Sequence record: OQ718158.1
Direction: 5' to 3' (one strand)
DNA from: Escherichia phage vB_Ec-M-J
Length of the DNA: 64,000 bases
The position numbers were made by a program, and so were the translations under genes. This document shows, piece after piece, positions 46,594 to 55,084 of this stretch; the first letter of the stretch is position 1, and the number at the start of each line of letters is the position of its first letter. Under the pieces are notes generated by a model that was not told the origin of the DNA, made no database searches, and saw nothing but the letters and a program-made list of their open reading frames with translations.

Positions 46594-48012
46594 ATGAGCA
46601 TTTTAGCAATTCTTGAAAGCATTAAAAATACTAGCAGTACTCTGGGTAAAAAAGCTATTCTTGAACAAAACAAAGATAATCAAACATTACAAAAAGTACT
46701 GAAATATACACTAGACCCTTCAATTGTAAGTGGGTATAAAAAGCTACCACAAGCTGATGATGTATACCAACATATGACATTAGAAGAAGCAATTGATAAG
46801 CTAGAATGCATTTACAAACGTGGTGTGACCGGAAATGCTGGGCGTGACTTCATTGCTTCAGTACTGGGTTCAGTATCAGAAGATGACCAAGAAGTTCTTC
46901 GTAAAATGCTCACGAAGAACCTTGATTGTGGTATCCAAGAAAAGAACTGCAATGATGTGTTCGGGAAAGGTTTTATCAAAGACGAACCATACATGCGTTG
47001 TTCTTTGATTGACAAAAAGACTGCAAAGAACATTAACTTCAAAGATTATGGTTATGCTATATCAGAAGTGAAAATGGATGGTCAGTACTTGAACCACGTT
47101 GTCATTAATGGTTCATTAACTTCTACATCCCGTAATGGTAAACTATACGACTTCCTGGGTTGTCGTGATGGTGAAATGGCAGGTCTTGCTCACATCATCC
47201 AAAGTAAAGATGAACGTTTTAGTAGTGGTGTAGTCTTTATGGGTGAAGGTGTAGTACTGGACAATGATGGAGAAACCATTCTCCCACGCACTACTGGTAA
47301 CGGTATTATCCAGAAAGCTGGTAAAGATAGCATCAGTCAGAATGAAGCAATGCGTACTGTATTTGTTCTATGGGATGTTGTTCCATATGATGCATTTTGT
47401 GAAGGTGTATGGAATGTAAAACGTAAAGAACGTCGCGAGATCTTAGTAGATGCAATTAACGAACTCGGTAGTGATTTTGTTCGTATGGTTGGATTCCGTA
47501 AAGTTCTAAACATCAAAGAAGCATTTGAGTACAATAGTGAACTAATGAACGAAGGTGAAGAGGGTTCAGTACTGAAATGTGAAGATGGTATCTGGAAATC
47601 TCACACTTCTCCTAAGCAATTGAAAATGAAACTTAAAATGCAATTGGACTTGCGTATTGTTGGTTTCAATGAAGGTGAAGGTAAGCGTAAAGGTAGTCTT
47701 GGTTCTTTACAACTGGAAAGTGCTTGTGGTACATTGAAAGTTAATGTAGGTACTGGAATTAAAGAGAAAGACGCAGAATGGACGTTTAAAACCATTTGGG
47801 AAAGAATGCAAGAACTCATTGGTCAAGTAGTGACAGTAGAGTGCAATGATATTGTGTTCGATAAGCGAACTGGCGAGCCATCACTATTTTTACCAGTGTT
47901 TATTGAATTTAGATTTGACAAAAACACCTGTGACGACTATACTCGTATCTTAGAAATTCGTGATAGTGCTGTTGAGGTGTTCTCTAATAGTATTCTTGAA
48001 TCACTCGGTTAA
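46594..48012 (+). CDS. ATP-dependent DNA ligase (T4 gp30-like)
   Basis: 472 aa; N-terminal ILESIKNTSSTLGKKAILEQNKDN and motif I SEVKMDG match T4 DNA ligase; AAGGGAA RBS. Confidence 0.9.
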   Translation: MSILAILESIKNTSSTLGKKAILEQNKDNQTLQKVLKYTLDPSIVSGYKKLPQADDVYQHMTLEEAIDKLECIYKRGVTGNAGRDFIASVLGSVSEDDQEVLRKMLTKNLDCGIQEKNCNDVFGKGFIKDEPYMRCSLIDKKTAKNINFKDYGYAISEVKMDGQYLNHVVINGSLTSTSRNGKLYDFLGCRDGEMAGLAHIIQSKDERFSSGVVFMGEGVVLDNDGETILPRTTGNGIIQKAGKDSISQNEAMRTVFVLWDVVPYDAFCEGVWNVKRKERREILVDAINELGSDFVRMVGFRKVLNIKEAFEYNSELMNEGEEGSVLKCEDGIWKSHTSPKQLKMKLKMQLDLRIVGFNEGEGKRKGSLGSLQLESACGTLKVNVGTGIKEKDAEWTFKTIWERMQELIGQVVTVECNDIVFDKRTGEPSLFLPVFIEFRFDKNTCDDYTRILEIRDSAVEVFSNSILESLG

Positions 48013-48031
48013 TCATTTATAGGAGGTAATT

Positions 48032-48823
48032 ATGAAATTTGTTGTAACGTCAGACGTACACGGTGGCACTGATTACCTCCATAGTGGTGATTACAGTGAT
48101 ACAGTTCTGATTATTGCAGGGGACTTTGATGAAGCTAAACGCAGTCGTTATCGTACTGGTATCGAATCCCTGTGCAAGCAGTTCAAGAATGTAGTACTGG
48201 TTCCTGGTAATCATGAGTACTACGGTTCAAACATTCACAAGACTAATAAAGTACTGTCCGATATGCAAGATGAGATTCCAAATTTCATCTTTTTGCAAAA
48301 CAAATTTGTATGGCTGGATGGTGTACTGCTGGTTGGTAGTACACTGTGGACTGACTTTGATAAAGGCAATGCACTGGTTAAGTTTGATGCTCAACAAAAG
48401 ATGAATGATTATAAACACATTCGTCATGGAACAACATCAGAACCGTGGAAACGTAAGCTCAAACCTGATGATGTTGAGTTCATGCATTATCAGGATAAAC
48501 AATTTATCAAAAATTCAGTTAACACAGTTCGTCTAATGAATGATAATGATTTCAAGGTTGTGGTGGTAACACATCATGCACCAAGTTATCAGAGTGTATC
48601 TCCGAGATACAAGAATGACTCACTGAATGGATGTTATTGTTCTGATATGGACCAGTATATCGAAGATTTGGGTGCTGATGTTTGGATTCATGGTCACGTT
48701 CATAGTAGCTTTGACTACATCATTGGGAAAACTCGTATCATTTGTAACCCAAGAGGTTATGAATCTTACAGTGGTGCATGTGAGAACTTCGATTACGATC
48801 CTAAATTTGTATTTGAAATCTAA
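48032..48823 (+). CDS. calcineurin-like metallophosphoesterase
   Basis: DVHGG, AGDFD, GNHEY, THHAP and GHVH motifs. Confidence 0.8.
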   Translation: MKFVVTSDVHGGTDYLHSGDYSDTVLIIAGDFDEAKRSRYRTGIESLCKQFKNVVLVPGNHEYYGSNIHKTNKVLSDMQDEIPNFIFLQNKFVWLDGVLLVGSTLWTDFDKGNALVKFDAQQKMNDYKHIRHGTTSEPWKRKLKPDDVEFMHYQDKQFIKNSVNTVRLMNDNDFKVVVVTHHAPSYQSVSPRYKNDSLNGCYCSDMDQYIEDLGADVWIHGHVHSSFDYIIGKTRIICNPRGYESYSGACENFDYDPKFVFEI

Positions 48824-48832
48824 GGTAATGTT

Positions 48833-49228
48833 ATGATACATACACTTCACATTGATGATAAAATGCTTGTTATATTGGGTAGTTGTTATATGTTTCAACG
48901 ATTGGGTATGCGTATGCTATACTCTTGTGACAAAACCCAATACTACAATCCTGATGGTACTGGTACTGTGATGAAAGATAGGCATCACTTCACCAGTGAT
49001 GTAAAACAAGCAGACGATTTAGATTCATTTGCGGGAAAGGTGTATGTTCTAATTAATGATGATAGACGTGGTGGTGTGTTACCATTCAGTACTTTATCAA
49101 TTAATACGTTCTTTAAATACGAACAATTTTCAAATTCACTAAGAATGATTGAGATTGATTTTGATGACATCCCAGTTGGTATACGATATGAATTTCTTCA
49201 TGCTCTTGCATCAATAGGGGTGTACTGA
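48833..49228 (+). CDS. hypothetical protein
   Basis: 131-aa ORF; AAGGTAA RBS. Confidence 0.5.
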   Translation: MIHTLHIDDKMLVILGSCYMFQRLGMRMLYSCDKTQYYNPDGTGTVMKDRHHFTSDVKQADDLDSFAGKVYVLINDDRRGGVLPFSTLSINTFFKYEQFSNSLRMIEIDFDDIPVGIRYEFLHALASIGVY

Positions 49229-49611
49229 TGGAAAATATCGTTGTGTATGTAATTGAGTACAATGATGAAATAAAGTACGTAATTAATGGTTATAAACATT
49301 ACTCCAGTGCAGCCAGAAAGCTGGAAATATATTCAAAAGAAGCAAGAAACTACTGCTTAGATGATGATTCAGTTGAGGTTTGGATTGATGGAAATGCAGA
49401 GTACTTTGATGCTAACTTCTATGAAGATCTTGACAAATCAAATGAATTATACATTTATGTAGAAAATGAACGTTATTACACAAATTCTTTGTTTGACATT
49501 ACCGACTCTACGGTGTATGATAATGCTATGGTTAAGTTGTTAAAGATTGACCACGATATGTTTAATAAACATACAATTTGCGGTTTACTCGATTTTTTAA
49601 GAAACTTGTAG
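49228..49611 (+). CDS. hypothetical protein
   Basis: 127-aa ORF. Confidence 0.5.
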   Translation: MENIVVYVIEYNDEIKYVINGYKHYSSAARKLEIYSKEARNYCLDDDSVEVWIDGNAEYFDANFYEDLDKSNELYIYVENERYYTNSLFDITDSTVYDNAMVKLLKIDHDMFNKHTICGLLDFLRNL

Positions 49612-49636
49612 ACAAATACGAACACTGTGATATAAT
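49609..49636 (+). promoter_or_regulatory. sigma70-like promoter (TAGACA-N16-TGATATAAT)
   Basis: -35 TAGACA 49609-49614, -10 TATAAT 49631-49636 preceded by TGA; upstream of clpP. Confidence 0.6.
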
Positions 49637-49670
49637 ACTCACATCAATGAAACAATAGAGGAAAATAACA

Positions 49671-50366
49671 ATGGTTGAACAATTCAATTTTGGTGGTTAT
49701 GCTGGTGGTGAAGTTCGCAACATTTCTATTCCTTATGTAGTTGAAAAAGTTAATGGTGCAGAACGTACTTATGATCTAGCATCTCGTATGATGCAAGACC
49801 GTATCATTTTCCTTGATACTGACTTCAATGACCAAATGGCACATATCATCAAGCAACAATTGGTGTGGTTGGATTCTCAGGGTTCTGAACCAATTACCTT
49901 CTACATTAGTTCTCCTGGTGGTTCAGTACACGCAGGTTTGGGTATCGCTGACATTGCTAAGTCTTGTGTATCTCCTATCCGTACAGTAGTAATGGGTTAT
50001 GCAGCATCAATGGGTTGCTATACACAATCAGTAGTTGGGACTAAAGGTTTCCGTCTAGGTGGTAAGCGTTCTTACTTCATGTGTCATCAAGTAAGTTCCG
50101 GTACTCAGGGTCTGATTACCGATCAGAAGATTTCTTTGAAACACTCTGACGCATTGAACACACTATTGACGAAAGAAATTGCTGAAGCAGTTGGTGTATC
50201 ACACGAACAACTACTGAAAGATGCTGACCGTGACCTGTGGTTGAACGCTGAAGAAGCACTCGAATACGGTGAACATGGTTTCATTGATGGTATCATCCTT
50301 GGTCCACGCAACGAAGAAGGTAAGTATCTCGTCAAACGTCGCGGTGGCGTGGAAGAGTGGGTCTAA
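49671..50366 (+). CDS. clpP: ClpP-family serine protease subunit
   Basis: RIIFLDTDFNDQMAHIIKQQLVWL, ISSPGG, catalytic Ser in GYAASMG and His in FMCHQ align with bacterial ClpP. Confidence 0.9.
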   Translation: MVEQFNFGGYAGGEVRNISIPYVVEKVNGAERTYDLASRMMQDRIIFLDTDFNDQMAHIIKQQLVWLDSQGSEPITFYISSPGGSVHAGLGIADIAKSCVSPIRTVVMGYAASMGCYTQSVVGTKGFRLGGKRSYFMCHQVSSGTQGLITDQKISLKHSDALNTLLTKEIAEAVGVSHEQLLKDADRDLWLNAEEALEYGEHGFIDGIILGPRNEEGKYLVKRRGGVEEWV

Positions 50367-50380
50367 TTTGAATTTCATTT

Positions 50381-50408
50381 GATGCCTCATTTGGGGCATC
50401 TTATTTCT
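50381..50408 (+). terminator. rho-independent terminator
   Basis: hairpin GATGCC...GGCATC followed by TTATTTCT. Confidence 0.6.
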
Positions 50409-50417
50409 GGAGATTAT

Positions 50418-50708
50418 ATGAAAGTTCTTGTACGTAATAATACTGAAGTCAATGATGTGTTGGATGATTCAGAGTTTATTAATGTCGCATTAGATCAGAT
50501 TAGTGCAGTAGCTCTTGAATTGAAAGGTGTTGACGAGGCAGAACGAGTACTCAATGGTTTTTCTATTGTTCTCGAACTAATGCAAGAAGTTCTTATTAAA
50601 AAGAACATTAATCCAATTAACGCAGTTCAACACGCAGAAGCTATGCGTCAAGAACATGGCACATTCTCAGATAAAAAATTCATCAGTACTGACGAGGGGA
50701 AAGAATAA
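50418..50708 (+). CDS. hypothetical protein
   Basis: ATG 50418 after GGAG. Confidence 0.5.
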   Translation: MKVLVRNNTEVNDVLDDSEFINVALDQISAVALELKGVDEAERVLNGFSIVLELMQEVLIKKNINPINAVQHAEAMRQEHGTFSDKKFISTDEGKE

Positions 50709-50709
50709 T

Positions 50710-51156
50710 ATGTCTAATGCACAATACAAAGAAGGTTCTGCCGCGTTTAAAAACAAAGTAGTTTTTAACAATGAACAGCTAAAATCACAGCACCCACTAT
50801 TCCGTCAAGGTTATCGTGCTGCACAAGCTGAAGCTATGAAGAAAAACAACGTAACATTCCCAACAACTCTGTATGATATTCCTAAACGTCCATCAGTGTT
50901 TAAAGCAGAATGGACTGACATTATGGCAGCAACTAAACGTCCTCGTTTTGCTAAACTTCACACTGATGAAGGTCGCTGGATGTTGATGGGTATTATGAAA
51001 GCAGTTGAGAAACAGGCACATACCATCGTTCGTTACAAAGACGTTGTAGCTATGGTTGATAAAGCATTTGATCTTATTCTCCAGTACGGTTATGATGAAG
51101 GTGTACTAACTGTATCTGATTGTGAGCAGTACCAGTACACTCCATTCCAGAAATAA
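50710..51156 (+). CDS. hypothetical protein
   Basis: ATG 50710 after GAGGGGAAAG. Confidence 0.55.
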   Translation: MSNAQYKEGSAAFKNKVVFNNEQLKSQHPLFRQGYRAAQAEAMKKNNVTFPTTLYDIPKRPSVFKAEWTDIMAATKRPRFAKLHTDEGRWMLMGIMKAVEKQAHTIVRYKDVVAMVDKAFDLILQYGYDEGVLTVSDCEQYQYTPFQK

Positions 51157-51163
51157 TTACTTA

Positions 51164-51192
51164 GGGAATCTTTCATGATTCCCATTTTATTT
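51164..51192 (+). terminator. rho-independent terminator
   Basis: hairpin GGGAATC-tttcat-GATTCCC followed by ATTTTATTT. Confidence 0.7.
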
Positions 51193-51428
51193 GCTGCATA
51201 TCAAAAATTATTGATCAAAAATTGATCCATACGAGGTAAATACCCAAGGTGTAATTGTTAATAGGGTAGGTGGATATGCAGCAATATAAATTATCTGAAG
51301 ATCAAAGTGATTTATTTTTCAATCACATGTTTTTAATTGATGAATTTGCCGAAAGTTAAAATTCAGAGGCAATAGCTATAGTTAAAAAGTGGTATTCTTG
51401 CTATAACAAGAACAAAAAATGGTATTGG

Positions 51429-51794
51429 TTGAATAGAAATTTAAAATCATTTCTAGGAACAATAACTAGTACTGATAGTATTGAACTAATATATAGTTCC
51501 ATTGGCTATAGTTACTTAACCAAGCATAATAATACGTCAATAGAGTCTGGCTTTAAAATCAAGCGTCTAATGAAATTGACGGGATTGAGTGCAGAAACTA
51601 TACAAAACGATACAGAAAAGTTATGGAAGATTATAGAATTCATGAATAAAAATATGTCATTTATATATAGAAACTATGATATATTCACTGATGTACGACA
51701 ATTTTATAAGAGTCCATATTCACTTAATGAGAAATATTTCCGACACATGGAATTATGCTCAACTATGGTTGATGAATGGAATTTAGAGGATTAA
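51429..51794 (+). CDS. hypothetical protein
   Basis: ORF begins at TTG with no ATG; reading frame is open upstream back to a TAA at 51357-51359. Confidence 0.4.
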   Translation: MNRNLKSFLGTITSTDSIELIYSSIGYSYLTKHNNTSIESGFKIKRLMKLTGLSAETIQNDTEKLWKIIEFMNKNMSFIYRNYDIFTDVRQFYKSPYSLNEKYFRHMELCSTMVDEWNLED

Positions 51795-51795
51795 T

Positions 51796-52323
51796 ATGAA
51801 ATACACTGCTCTTAGCCCAACTGATACTAAAGTATGGTTGAGTAATTTGAACAAAACTATTATTTTAACCAAAAAAGTGATATCAACAGCTAATTCATTA
51901 GATGTAAATATCAAGAAGAATGTTCTTAAATATCATCACCGAAGTAAACTTAGTACTTGGTACTCCAATATTTTTTACGGCTTATATGGGATGGATGATA
52001 TTTTAATTGGTACATCATCTGGGTCATGCTTCAGTGCTGGTGGTATGTGCTTTATGGATTTGGGTTTTTCATTATCCGATGAAGAAATCGAGTTTAAACA
52101 ATTCCGTGACAAGTTACTGGGTTCGGGTGATATCAAGTTCTGTACAGAATTAATGGGAGCATGGGACGTTTATGCAGCGAAACCATTTGACATTGAAGAA
52201 TCAGATGTGCTAAACTACCTTCGTGTTCTTAAAATACATTCGAACTGTAAAACCAAATTACAATCCCTAGGAGTATATGATGAAACACTTGACGTGGTTG
52301 AAGATAGCCGAAGTCGTGGCTGA
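51796..52323 (+). CDS. hypothetical protein
   Basis: 175-aa ORF; GAGGA RBS. Confidence 0.55.
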   Translation: MKYTALSPTDTKVWLSNLNKTIILTKKVISTANSLDVNIKKNVLKYHHRSKLSTWYSNIFYGLYGMDDILIGTSSGSCFSAGGMCFMDLGFSLSDEEIEFKQFRDKLLGSGDIKFCTELMGAWDVYAAKPFDIEESDVLNYLRVLKIHSNCKTKLQSLGVYDETLDVVEDSRSRG

Positions 52324-52759
52324 AGAGAGTAAATGCATTTCACAGAAAGTTGGTTGTGTTATTGTTAAAAATAACCGAGTATTGAGTACTGGTTATAATG
52401 GCACTCCATCTAAACAACCTAACTGCTGTGACGCTAATGAGCACTTAGTTAATGGTGGACGTTTCCAAGACTGGGTTAGCGATGACGCAAAGCATGAACA
52501 CCATGAATGGAGTAATATCCATGAAATCCATGCTGAAATGAATGCATTGTTATACAGTTCACCTACCGAACGTCAGGGAGCAACACTTTACACAACGCTG
52601 CAACCATGCTATACTTGTTCTAAGTTGATCGCGGGAAGTGGTATTGCTCGCGTGATTTATCACAAAAGTTATCCTCGCACTCCACCAGAAGCTATTAAAG
52701 TACTGGAAGATGCTGGGATTATTGTAAATTGCATTTATGATAAGGGGTTGGGACTTTGA
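52277..52759 (+). CDS. dCMP deaminase (T4 Cd-like)
   Basis: N-terminus LKIAEVVAEESKC, then zinc-binding HAE and PCYTC motifs and STGYNGTPS, as in T4 Cd. Confidence 0.85.
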   Translation: MMKHLTWLKIAEVVAEESKCISQKVGCVIVKNNRVLSTGYNGTPSKQPNCCDANEHLVNGGRFQDWVSDDAKHEHHEWSNIHEIHAEMNALLYSSPTERQGATLYTTLQPCYTCSKLIAGSGIARVIYHKSYPRTPPEAIKVLEDAGIIVNCIYDKGLGL

Positions 52760-53016
52760 CTTTCTTGATTTTAGGTATCCCATTTGCAGTTGTGATTCTT
52801 GTACTTTTAGTGATGATGGTATTAAATGATAATACTACTCCACCAGTGATGCGTAATCATGAAGTACGATTTTCAGCACAAAACAACAAGTACTACATTG
52901 TAAATTGTTTAACTTGTAAAGAGTATAAAGTAACTGGTAAATTTGGTTTTACCATTTATTATAAAGACCGTGTTGAAGCTGACATGATTTGTCAGAAACT
53001 TAATACGGTAGAATAA
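52756..53016 (+). CDS. hypothetical small membrane protein
   Basis: TTG start after AAGGGG; N-terminal hydrophobic helix. Confidence 0.4.
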   Translation: MTFLILGIPFAVVILVLLVMMVLNDNTTPPVMRNHEVRFSAQNNKYYIVNCLTCKEYKVTGKFGFTIYYKDRVEADMICQKLNTVE

Positions 53017-53024
53017 AAAAAAAA

Positions 53025-53050
53025 GGAGCCATAAGGCTCCTTTTTCTTTT
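53025..53050 (+). terminator. rho-independent terminator
   Basis: A-run, hairpin GGAGCC-ataa-GGCTCC, then TTTTTCTTTT. Confidence 0.7.
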
Positions 53051-53137
53051 GTTAGTACACAACTTGTTTGAATTTCAGGAAAACTCTTAGATCCAACAAC
53101 GAGTTCAGTACTACCACGTTATTTGTTGACAAAAGCA

Positions 53138-53165
53138 TAGACATTATACATTAGTGTGATATAAT
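53138..53165 (+). promoter_or_regulatory. sigma70-like promoter (TAGACA-N16-TGATATAAT)
   Basis: -35 TAGACA 53138-53143, -10 TATAAT 53160-53165 preceded by TGTGA. Confidence 0.55.
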
Positions 53166-53232
53166 CATTCAAAAGAAGGTAAAAAGGTGGGATGATTCTG
53201 CGAGGGAATTTGTGAAGTGATATAAAAAACAA

Positions 53233-53260
53233 TTTGACTTAAGTTAAATCTTCCTATAAT
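53233..53260 (+). promoter_or_regulatory. sigma70-like promoter
   Basis: -35 TTTGAC(T) 53233-53239, -10 TATAAT 53255-53260. Confidence 0.45.
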
Positions 53261-53300
53261 ATTATTTATGTAATCAACAATCAACTAAGAGGGTTAACCA

Positions 53301-53909
53301 GTGGTACGATTATGTAAAGAAATCATCCAATCTATTATTATTATTTTCTTAATTAACTTTCCTGCAAGTGCAGGTGTTGAAAGAAAAAGTATCATTAGAT
53401 ATGATGAATCTAAACAGACAGTTCAGTTCATTTCAACTTTAACTGAAAATACTGTAAACCGTTTGATGGTTTTTAGAGAAACACACCCATTTGACACTAT
53501 CATCATTACGTCACCTGGTGGTGATTTTGATGCGGGAGTGGCACTAGGAAATTTTGTCAATGATAACAATTTAACAATTATTGTTGAAAGATATTGTAAT
53601 TCTTCTTGCACTATCGCATTCTTTAGTGCTAATATAGAAAACAGATACATGATGAAGGACTCAATTCTAGGTCTACATAATGTGTCAATCGAAAGTAAAG
53701 CACGAAATAGTGATGACACATACATATCAGTTCGCCAAATGACTATTTTTGCTGAACAGCTATCAACTAAGGTTGGTGTTCTATTTGCGTTATATGCAGC
53801 GAATGGTATTCCTCCAGAATTGTTAGTGGAGGTTAGTAAGGTTCGTGGTAATGAAGTTGTGAGACTTACACCAGATCAGTTGCTCGAATTAGGTAGTATC
53901 ATTCATTAG
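53301..53909 (+). CDS. exported ClpP/S49-like (crotonase-fold) peptidase-like protein
   Basis: GTG start after AGAGGG; N-terminal signal-like IIQSIIIIFLINFPASA; ITSPGGDFDAG ... CNSSCTIAFF ... LGLHN resembles the ClpP active-site scaffold. Confidence 0.45.
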   Translation: MVRLCKEIIQSIIIIFLINFPASAGVERKSIIRYDESKQTVQFISTLTENTVNRLMVFRETHPFDTIIITSPGGDFDAGVALGNFVNDNNLTIIVERYCNSSCTIAFFSANIENRYMMKDSILGLHNVSIESKARNSDDTYISVRQMTIFAEQLSTKVGVLFALYAANGIPPELLVEVSKVRGNEVVRLTPDQLLELGSIIH

Positions 53910-53941
53910 TATTAGATACAAAATAATAATATTATAATAAG

Positions 53942-53970
53942 AGGATGATAAAGTGGTACATCCTTTGTTA
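53942..53970 (+). terminator. possible terminator hairpin (weak T-run)
   Basis: AGGATG...CATCCT followed by TTGTTA. Confidence 0.3.
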
Positions 53971-54001
53971 TAAGTTCACATACACTAGGAGTGTATAAAC
54001 T

Positions 54002-54262
54002 ATGACAAATTTACAAAACTTAACATCTCTTGTTTTTTATGCAACAACTATTGTATATTGCATTACATTAGTTTTAACATGTTTCATCTATAAAGACTAC
54101 AAACGTGGTTTTATGGATTCCAGTACACACAAATTTGCATCCAAGTTAGAAGCAGGAATTTACTATGTTCTATCAATTTCTTATGGAGCATGTTTACTTA
54201 CACTAGGGTTGCTGATATACTGGTTGTATACGGCACTTTTTGCACAAGGAGTTATTTCATGA
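54002..54262 (+). CDS. hypothetical small membrane protein
   Basis: 86 aa; AGGAG RBS; hydrophobic helices. Confidence 0.5.
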   Translation: MTNLQNLTSLVFYATTIVYCITLVLTCFIYKDYKRGFMDSSTHKFASKLEAGIYYVLSISYGACLLTLGLLIYWLYTALFAQGVIS

Positions 54263-54852
54263 CTTGTATTATCGCTCACACAAATGGCACATCTTCCTTC
54301 ATCGCTGGTGATAAATTAGGAAGCAATGGTTTCACTAAAGCAGTTCAAACTGAGCCTAAAGTGTTTGAGAAAGAGTTCATTAAACTCAATGAGGATGGTC
54401 TTTCTCGCACTAAAGAAGTAATGGCGTTGGGGTATACTACCTCGTTCCGCATGGGACAGTTGTTGAATTACAACCTAACTCTACCAGAACAAGTTGCAGG
54501 GGAAACCTTTTCACAGTATCTAGTACTGAAAGTTATTCCTATCATTCGTCAAATGTTTAAAGATGAATGGGGTGCTCGTGATGCATCACAAGATGTTGGT
54601 GGTGGTCAGTTCATTATTCTTCATAATCATACGATTTATGAAGTTCAAGAAGACTTTTCAGTACTGCAACCTAAAACACAAATTACTGCTGTCGGAAGTG
54701 GGACTTATCATGCAATTGCATCCATGTCAGCGTATATTGAAGTTCAAGAAGAAACCAATGTTCAGTTACATGAACGTGTTGAGTCTATTTTCAAAATTGT
54801 TAGTGATAATGTAACAAGTGTTAGTCCAGAGTTTGATATTTTGAAATACTGA
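54259..54852 (+). CDS. HslV/proteasome-beta-like Ntn hydrolase
   Basis: N-terminus M-TCIIAHTNGTSSFIAGDKLGSNG aligns with HslV [23 protein letters not shown] (Thr would be residue 1 after Met removal); later ITAVGSGTYHAIAS resembles HslV GSGG region; AAGGAG RBS. Confidence 0.6.
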   Translation: MTCIIAHTNGTSSFIAGDKLGSNGFTKAVQTEPKVFEKEFIKLNEDGLSRTKEVMALGYTTSFRMGQLLNYNLTLPEQVAGETFSQYLVLKVIPIIRQMFKDEWGARDASQDVGGGQFIILHNHTIYEVQEDFSVLQPKTQITAVGSGTYHAIASMSAYIEVQEETNVQLHERVESIFKIVSDNVTSVSPEFDILKY

Positions 54853-54883
54853 GAATAATAATTATAAAGAGAGAGTGTATCTG

Positions 54884-55075
54884 ATGGCATACATAATTTA
54901 CGAGTGGATTTTTTGTTTCATAGTTGTGTTTATTTGTGTGGTGTTATACAATCACACTAAATGTTTATACCGAGAATTCAGGAATGGTAATAAACATGGA
55001 CACAATAAGTGGATGTATGTCTATCATATTGCTATCATTGTATTTTTAGTATTAAACTTGATACTTTTTATATAA
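54884..55075 (+). CDS. hypothetical small membrane protein
   Basis: hydrophobic ~63-aa ORF (alternative GTG 54875). Confidence 0.4.
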   Translation: MAYIIYEWIFCFIVVFICVVLYNHTKCLYREFRNGNKHGHNKWMYVYHIAIIVFLVLNLILFI

Positions 55076-55084
55076 GGAGTAAAT

